A program made the position numbers and the translations under genes. A DNA stretch of 64,000 nt from a virus. Positions within the stretch are counted from its first letter, which is position 1; each line of letters begins with the position of its first letter. Below the pieces are notes generated by a model. The model did no database searches. It worked only from the letters and a program-made list of their open reading frames with translations, and was not told where the DNA came from. The stretch lies in IMG/VR virus record IMGVR_UViG_3300043179_000079, positions 1,138-65,137 of that record. The stretch is one strand, 5' to 3'. This document shows positions 58,789-64,000 of the stretch, piece after piece.

Positions 58789-60726
58789 TCAGATTGACCA
58801 CTTCAACCGACCCTTTCCCCCGCCGGGCGAGCCACCGGATCCTCCGGGTGTCCCCCCCTCGGTCATGCCGTCGATGACGTCCCTCATCCACTTCTGCTGC
58901 CCGCCCTGGGCCTGCGACCGAGGAGCCTCGGGGCTCGGCGCCTGGGCCTCCTGACCGGTGGTCACGCCGCCCCTCCGGTGGGGGAAGACGTTCATCACCG
59001 CGTATCGCAAAGCGTCAGGAAGGTCGTCGTTGTCGTCGTCCGGGTCGTCCGTGGGCTTGCCCGCGGCGTCCAGCTTCCAACTGTACTCCTTGAGGTGCTG
59101 GAGGAGCAGGTCGATCTCCGGGTCCTGGTCGTCCTCGCGCACGAACAGCAGCTCGGGGTCCCCGGACATGGGCGACAGCTTCCCCCGCACGATGCCGATG
59201 CCCTGGTTGACCGTCCCGGGGCCCTTTTTCCAATCACGCATAGCCCATCCGTGCTTCTTGAACCAGGCGACGGTCCCCGGGTAGGCGGTGTCCCCGTAGA
59301 CCACCGGGTTGAGAGCCTTGAGGGGGGCGCACAGGCTCAGTTGCTGGGCGGGGTCCAGCTCGGCCGCGGCCGGGGCCCTGGTGACGAAGAACTTGAGGCC
59401 GAACCGGAAGCCGACCACGAAGGCGAAGAAGTGCTCGTACCCGTAGTCCTGGCCGCCGAACCACCGGACCTCGTGGGTCCTCAGCGCATCCACCAAGGCG
59501 GCCTTGTTGGGCACGGGCCCCGACGGCGGGTCGGCCCCGGCCACCATGCGGTAGGCCTGGGCCGGGCTTATTACGTGGCGGTCCTCCATCAGGGACCCGT
59601 AGATCAGGCCTACGCTGGACGGCTTGAGGCACACGAGCTGCGATATCGCGGTGTCCAGCTCGTTGGTCCTGAACTTCAGGGCCGTGTCCGAGACGGGCTT
59701 CAGGAAGGCGGCGGTGCTGGTCTGGCACGTGGCCAGCCTCCCCTTGCAGGCGGCGAATATCTTGCAGTTCTGGAGACACCCCGTGAAGCCCTCGTCCCGG
59801 ACGTAGCTCTCCCGGGCCTTCTCGTCCATGGCGTTGTAGGTCGCCTCGTCCACCGCGCGCAGCGTGCGGTCGGACCGGTATATGGGCAGCCTAGGGAGGT
59901 CCGGGCGGTGCCGCTCCGGGGGGCACCGCTGCGTGGTGCTCATGATGTTCCAGTGCTTGACCAGGAGCCCGGTCTCGGACGCCCGGTCGATGGCCTTCTG
60001 GACCGGCCCGATGGCGGTCTTGCGGGTCGAGGTGATGACCGTGAGCGGCAGCACGTAGGCTCCCCCCGGCCTCCGGATGGGGGTCGGGATGTTCTTGGAC
60101 TCCGCCACGATGCGGGGGTCGCGCACCAGGTCGAACTCGTCGAGGCACATCAGGCCGGCGTGCTTCCCGTTGACCGACGACATGGTGGCCACGACCACCT
60201 CGGCCTTGTTGACCACCGCCTCGTACCGGCCCTGGTCCGGGGCCTCCCGGTGCTCCGCCCTGGTCAGGTACAGCCCGCCGGGCTCCCGGAAGTAGACCAC
60301 CTCGGTCTTGCGCACGCTGTCGCCCTCTACGAACCCCTGGAGGTCTGGCTTGAGGAAGAACCCCTTCAGGTAGTTCTGCGCGTCAACGCTCTGCTCCTCG
60401 ATGGAGGCCAGGTGGACCACGTTGGTGTTGACGTGGAGAAGCGCCAGGACCTCGGTGATGGCCATGGCGAGGGTCTTGCCCCCGAAACGGTTGGCGTAGT
60501 ACAGCCGCTCCGCCGGCAGCTCCTCCTGGTTGGCCGGCGGGTGCATGAAGTGGCTGTAGATGTCCCAGATCATCTGCAGAGGCGTGCAGTTGGAGCGGTC
60601 GTCCACGACCACGTCCGGGAGGTCCACGTCGAGGAAGACGAAGATCCAGTCGTGGAGAGCCTGCTTGTCCACGCAGGGCGCGAACAGCAGCCTGCGCCGG
60701 ACCTCCTGCTCCGGGGTGAGGGGCAA
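58789..60726 (-). CDS. terL: terminase large subunit
   Basis: ANRFGGKT Walker A, CLDEFD Walker B, ITSTRK motif III, GQDYG and DDLPDALRY nuclease motifs. Confidence 0.9.
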   Translation of the reverse strand: MPLTPEQEVRRRLLFAPCVDKQALHDWIFVFLDVDLPDVVVDDRSNCTPLQMIWDIYSHFMHPPANQEELPAERLYYANRFGGKTLAMAITEVLALLHVNTNVVHLASIEEQSVDAQNYLKGFFLKPDLQGFVEGDSVRKTEVVYFREPGGLYLTRAEHREAPDQGRYEAVVNKAEVVVATMSSVNGKHAGLMCLDEFDLVRDPRIVAESKNIPTPIRRPGGAYVLPLTVITSTRKTAIGPVQKAIDRASETGLLVKHWNIMSTTQRCPPERHRPDLPRLPIYRSDRTLRAVDEATYNAMDEKARESYVRDEGFTGCLQNCKIFAACKGRLATCQTSTAAFLKPVSDTALKFRTNELDTAISQLVCLKPSSVGLIYGSLMEDRHVISPAQAYRMVAGADPPSGPVPNKAALVDALRTHEVRWFGGQDYGYEHFFAFVVGFRFGLKFFVTRAPAAAELDPAQQLSLCAPLKALNPVVYGDTAYPGTVAWFKKHGWAMRDWKKGPGTVNQGIGIVRGKLSPMSGDPELLFVREDDQDPEIDLLLQHLKEYSWKLDAAGKPTDDPDDDNDDLPDALRYAVMNVFPHRRGGVTTGQEAQAPSPEAPRSQAQGGQQKWMRDVIDGMTEGGTPGGSGGSPGGGKGRLKWSI

Positions 60727-60732
60727 GGTCCC

Positions 60733-61353
60733 CTACCCGCCTCGCTTCTTCTGCGCCAGAGAAGCAAGCCACTCCTTGGCCATCTCCCCTGTAAGCGTCT
60801 GCTGCGGCGACCCCTCCTGGGCGGGAGCGCCCACCACCTCGTGCCGGTGGAGGACCTCTCCCTTGACCTTCATCTTCTGGTCCTGCCCGGTCAGCTTCTG
60901 CAGCAGCTCGACCACGTCCTTGTACTGCCGCAGGCTGGTGATGGCCAGGTCCCCCAGGTCGTCCTCGTTCCCGGTCTGCATGTACCGCAGCAGGCGGTCC
61001 CGGTTGAGGCGGTGGGCGGCCGCTAGCTGGAGCGCCACGAACTCGCAGGCCTCAAGGGAGATGCGCGTGGCGCCCGGGTTGGCCTCCCCGAGCAGCCGGT
61101 CGTCGTGCTCGTTCTTTCGGTGGTCCCACCCGTTGGCCACCCGGGCGTGCACGATCTGCCCCATGCTGAAGCCGGGGTTGAGGCGCCGGATCTCGGCGCA
61201 CGTGCATCCGCGCAGGAACAGCTCGTACAGCTTGTCGGCCGTGTCCGGCGAGATGGGGGGCCCTCCGGAGTTCTGGAAGTAGGCCAGGGCGTGCCTCTCC
61301 GCCTCCGTCAGGGCGGTGAGGGGGGTCCGCACGACGGCCAGGTCTCTAGCCAT
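60733..61353 (-). CDS. putative terminase small subunit
   Basis: N-terminal HTH-like region, W..R; directly upstream of terL. Confidence 0.6.
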   Translation of the reverse strand: MARDLAVVRTPLTALTEAERHALAYFQNSGGPPISPDTADKLYELFLRGCTCAEIRRLNPGFSMGQIVHARVANGWDHRKNEHDDRLLGEANPGATRISLEACEFVALQLAAAHRLNRDRLLRYMQTGNEDDLGDLAITSLRQYKDVVELLQKLTGQDQKMKVKGEVLHRHEVVGAPAQEGSPQQTLTGEMAKEWLASLAQKKRGG

Positions 61354-61699
61354 CCCCGGCAGCCTCCTCCGGCACGGCCAGCGGCCTGGCGTTGACGACG
61401 ACCTCGACCGTCCAGTCGGGCCCGAGGAGCCACTCGACCGACCGCCGCAGGGCCGCCAGCCGGTCGGTCTTAACGGTCTTCCCCATGCCCGCCTTGCCCA
61501 GGAACCCGTAGGTGACCGTCTTCTGGTCCATCCGCACCTTGACCTCGAAGGAGGAGGCCTTGGGCACCGCTATCGCGCCCCACGCCCGAAGCTGGAAGTT
61601 CTGCGCGTCGTGCAGCGCCCCGGTCCTCTTGGTGATGTCGCGCATCATCATGAGCTGGGTGGCCATGTCGAGTGCGTCTACCACGTCGCCGCCCCCCAT
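61346..61699 (-). CDS. hypothetical protein
   Basis: GC3 bias in this frame from about M at 61699. Confidence 0.65.
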   Translation of the reverse strand: MGGGDVVDALDMATQLMMMRDITKRTGALHDAQNFQLRAWGAIAVPKASSFEVKVRMDQKTVTYGFLGKAGMGKTVKTDRLAALRRSVEWLLGPDWTVEVVVNARPLAVPEEAAGDG

Positions 61700-62673
61700 A
61701 TCCGCTCGTCCGCCATCCTCTCCAGGACCGCCGTGGGGGTCCCGCCCTTGGCGGTGAAGGACTGCAGGTACCCGGAGAATGCCTGGCGTACCCCCTCCGA
61801 CTCCCGGGCCCGGGCGGCGGGCGGGTCGGTCCGGAAGGGGCGCACCCGGGCGCCCGGGCACGCGGCCCGCACCTCCTCGACCCGGGCGGGCAGGGAAGCG
61901 GAGGTCCCGTACACGTCCACCCGCACGTCGATCAGCGGGCCGGCCTCCGGCAGGGCCGCGGGGGCCCCGGGGCGGTCCTCCAGGTGGACTATCTTGCGGC
62001 AGCAACGCGAGGTGTCCTCCCCGCACACCTTCGAGAACCTCCCGTCCTCGCCGTGGTCCACCGCCCACACGTGGCGGTCCTTGTTGGCGTCCGAGGCCGA
62101 GCGCCACCTGGGCGCCCCGACGTACCAGACCTTGCCGAACTCCTGCGGGTCGTGTACGTGGCCGCTGATGACCCGCTCCTGGGGGACGTCCGCCTGGTCC
62201 ACCCCCTCCTCCCCGGCGTAGAACCCGTTCTCGTAGCGCGACCCGTCGAAGAGCTGGTGGCACACAACGACCGGGCTCCCGGACGCGCAGCAGGCCGCCA
62301 CGAAGTCCTCCTTGCGCGCCATGTACGGCAGGTGCAGCACGCCCCCCAGCTCAAGGGGCGCGTCCACCACGGTCACTCCCAGGTCTCGGTAGGCCACGAG
62401 GATGTGGTGCCGGCCGTCCTGCGAGGCGTCGTGGTTCCCCTTGAGGACCACCACCTCCAGGTCGTCGGCCACCAGCCGCGACAGCTCCTCGCGCCACATC
62501 GAGACCACCTCAAGACGCACCACGGCGTGGGTGTGGTGCAGGTCGCCAAGGATGGTCACCCGGTCCGCGGCCACCTCCCGCGCAAAGGAGCGAACCCGGC
62601 CCATGAGGGCCCGGCAGTCGTCCACCTCCCCCGCGGTAGCGTGCGGATCGCCTACATAGACCACCCTAGCCAT
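61678..62673 (-). CDS. Mre11/SbcD-like metallophosphoesterase
   Basis: GDPH, GDLHH, GNHD, CHQ, SGHVH, Y.G.P. Confidence 0.9.
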   Translation of the reverse strand: MARVVYVGDPHATAGEVDDCRALMGRVRSFAREVAADRVTILGDLHHTHAVVRLEVVSMWREELSRLVADDLEVVVLKGNHDASQDGRHHILVAYRDLGVTVVDAPLELGGVLHLPYMARKEDFVAACCASGSPVVVCHQLFDGSRYENGFYAGEEGVDQADVPQERVISGHVHDPQEFGKVWYVGAPRWRSASDANKDRHVWAVDHGEDGRFSKVCGEDTSRCCRKIVHLEDRPGAPAALPEAGPLIDVRVDVYGTSASLPARVEEVRAACPGARVRPFRTDPPAARARESEGVRQAFSGYLQSFTAKGGTPTAVLERMADERIWGAATW

Positions 62674-62980
62674 CGGCGGCCCCCTCGTCCCTCTCGACGA
62701 CCAGAACGCGCTCCTCGGGCACGAGGATGAACCTCCTGCCGCGCACCTCGAAGACGTCCTTAGCCCAGGAGGACAGGCGGTCCTCCCCCCTCAGGTACAC
62801 GACGTCCCCGGGGGCGTACCCGGACCCGTCGCGGCCTCGGTACCCGAACACCACCTCGGAGCAGGCCAGCTCCCACTTCTGCTTGATGGTGACGACCCCG
62901 CCGCTCTCCTTCATTTCGACGGAGGTGCGATCGAAGGGCGCGCAGGCCACCTTCCCGTTGACGCACAGAAACGACCTCAC
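62666..62980 (-). CDS. GroES-like co-chaperonin (tentative)
   Basis: ~104 aa; VV.G......GDVVY...W......G..FILVPEE.VL.V. Confidence 0.5.
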   Translation of the reverse strand: MRSFLCVNGKVACAPFDRTSVEMKESGGVVTIKQKWELACSEVVFGYRGRDGSGYAPGDVVYLRGEDRLSSWAKDVFEVRGRRFILVPEERVLVVERDEGAADG

Positions 62981-63999
62981 GAGATCACCTCCCCGGCCTC
63001 CAGGGCCCCTTTCAGAGCCAAGAACTTCCTCTCCACGCATGATAGCACACGGGCAGAGCGTCTCATAAAGGCGGACTCCTCGGACCGCTCCGCAGAGCGA
63101 TCGGGGCCGGACTCCTCCGGAGAGGCCACCCTGGAGGCGGCGCGACGCACCCCGGCCGGACCTATGTCGGTGCTGACGCACGAGGCCGCCGACATCAGGC
63201 CGGCCAGCTCGGAGGGGGAGGTCTTGAAGGCGCCCTCGGCCTCCTGGTTGACCCGATCGGACAGGGCGTCGAAGTCCACCCCGTCCATGCCGGAGACCGT
63301 CTTGCCGACCGCCTTGTTGGCCCGGTAAACCTTGCGCTTGTCGGCCGGGTAGAAGTGAACCAGGGTCTCGCTGTATTGCTCTATGAGGTTGCCAACCATG
63401 CGGCCTATGGCGACCGCCCGGAACACCCTCCCGAAGGGCGGCACGAACTTGTCCACCGCGGCCAGGAGGCCCTCGCTGGAGATCTGCACCAGGTCCAGGA
63501 AGGACAGGTGCGACCGCGGGGTCCGCGACCAGAAGATGCGCGCCCGGTTGAGCGCCAGCGGCAGCAGGAGGAGGACCATCTCCTTGCGCAGGCGCTCGAT
63601 CTCCTCGGCCCTCCTCCGCAGCCCCCCGCTCCACCCCCCGAGAGAGACCACGAACCTCACGAAGCGGTAGTTGGTCCGGAACCTCGTCAGGGCCGCCGAG
63701 TCCCCCACCTTGAGGGCCTGGCTGATCTGCGAGGCGAACACCGCCTGGCGCTCCCGGAAGTACGGGCGCGCCGACAGGATCGACCCCTGGCTGACGTGCT
63801 TGAGGAACCGGCGGTAGGTCTTCGGGCCCCGGTGGTGCCTGGCGACCATGGCGCGGAACTCGTCCTCCAGCCTGATCAGGCGATCCACCTGGGCGCGCTG
63901 GTAGGCCAGGAACGCCACGGCGTCCCGGACCGGCGGCGCCCCTATCTCCTGGAGCTTGCGCTCCATCTGCCCGATCAGGGCCCTGAGCTGCTCTCCCCC
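62977..63999 (-). CDS. phage sigma70-family sigma factor, 5'-partial
   Basis: Region 2 DLVQISSEGLLAAVDKF...FRAVA; ends shortly after a region 4.1-like L...ER..L.LKG; frame open to window edge. Confidence 0.85.
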   Translation of the reverse strand, partial: GGEQLRALIGQMERKLQEIGAPPVRDAVAFLAYQRAQVDRLIRLEDEFRAMVARHHRGPKTYRRFLKHVSQGSILSARPYFRERQAVFASQISQALKVGDSAALTRFRTNYRFVRFVVSLGGWSGGLRRRAEEIERLRKEMVLLLLPLALNRARIFWSRTPRSHLSFLDLVQISSEGLLAAVDKFVPPFGRVFRAVAIGRMVGNLIEQYSETLVHFYPADKRKVYRANKAVGKTVSGMDGVDFDALSDRVNQEAEGAFKTSPSELAGLMSAASCVSTDIGPAGVRRAASRVASPEESGPDRSAERSEESAFMRRSARVLSCVERKFLALKGALEAGEVIS

Positions 64000-64000
64000 C

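Noticed and set aside
58789-60726. Intein or intron in terminase large subunit
   Set aside because: Continuous ORF of ordinary length; no intein C/S...HN-C/S/T ends, no LAGLIDADG, no GC break
1-64000. Many long ORF-track entries antisense to or overlapping real genes (e.g. 16602..18632 +, 27710..29752 +, 32081..34291 +, 55646..57694 +, 58978..61026 +)
   Set aside because: Shadow ORFs expected at high GC: Arg/Gly/Pro-rich, no motifs, opposite well-supported genes
1-64000. CRISPR array or cas operon (prompted by the mCpol-like gene)
   Set aside because: No repeat-spacer array or other cas-like genes seen
1-64000. Prophage/integration or DGR signature
   Set aside because: No integrase, att-like repeat, host housekeeping genes, reverse transcriptase or TR/VR pair seen

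Overview
The window is a 64 kb piece of a large, high-GC, contractile-tailed phage genome. Its head and tail genes resemble the Twort/SPO1 (Herelleviridae-like) set; the host is unknown and no integrase is present. The left ~15.5 kb is an accessory region, mostly on the + strand. It holds an RNA ligase, receiver-like domains, ParB-like proteins, Hsp20, a SLOG protein, a membrane-anchored ClpP-like protease cassette, several frameshifted genes and a tRNA-like element. From ~15.6 kb to the right edge, a minus-strand late module runs: sigma factor (partial), GroES-like protein, SbcD-like nuclease, terminase, portal, MuF, prohead protease, fibre genes, scaffold, major capsid, neck, sheath, tube. 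It is interrupted by small early-gene islands and homing endonucleases. Main observation: the module encodes many enzyme domains that are not structural, namely a minimal CRISPR polymerase (mCpol)-like cyclase, a GGDEF domain, an HhH-GPD glycosylase-like domain, NUDIX, GNAT, three zincin-like HExxH domains and three HipA/PI3K-like kinase domains. These domains are separated by a recurring [LVM]-x-K-[SAG] motif that also occurs at the capsid N-terminus and throughout the scaffold. I infer a prohead-protease-released, virion-delivered effector payload. One low-GC domain sits exactly between two such motifs. A candidate single-box late promoter (CAATCTT), many leaderless sigma70 promoters and a structured 3'-UTR RNA were also found. 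All domain calls are by-eye motif recognition; no database searches were run.
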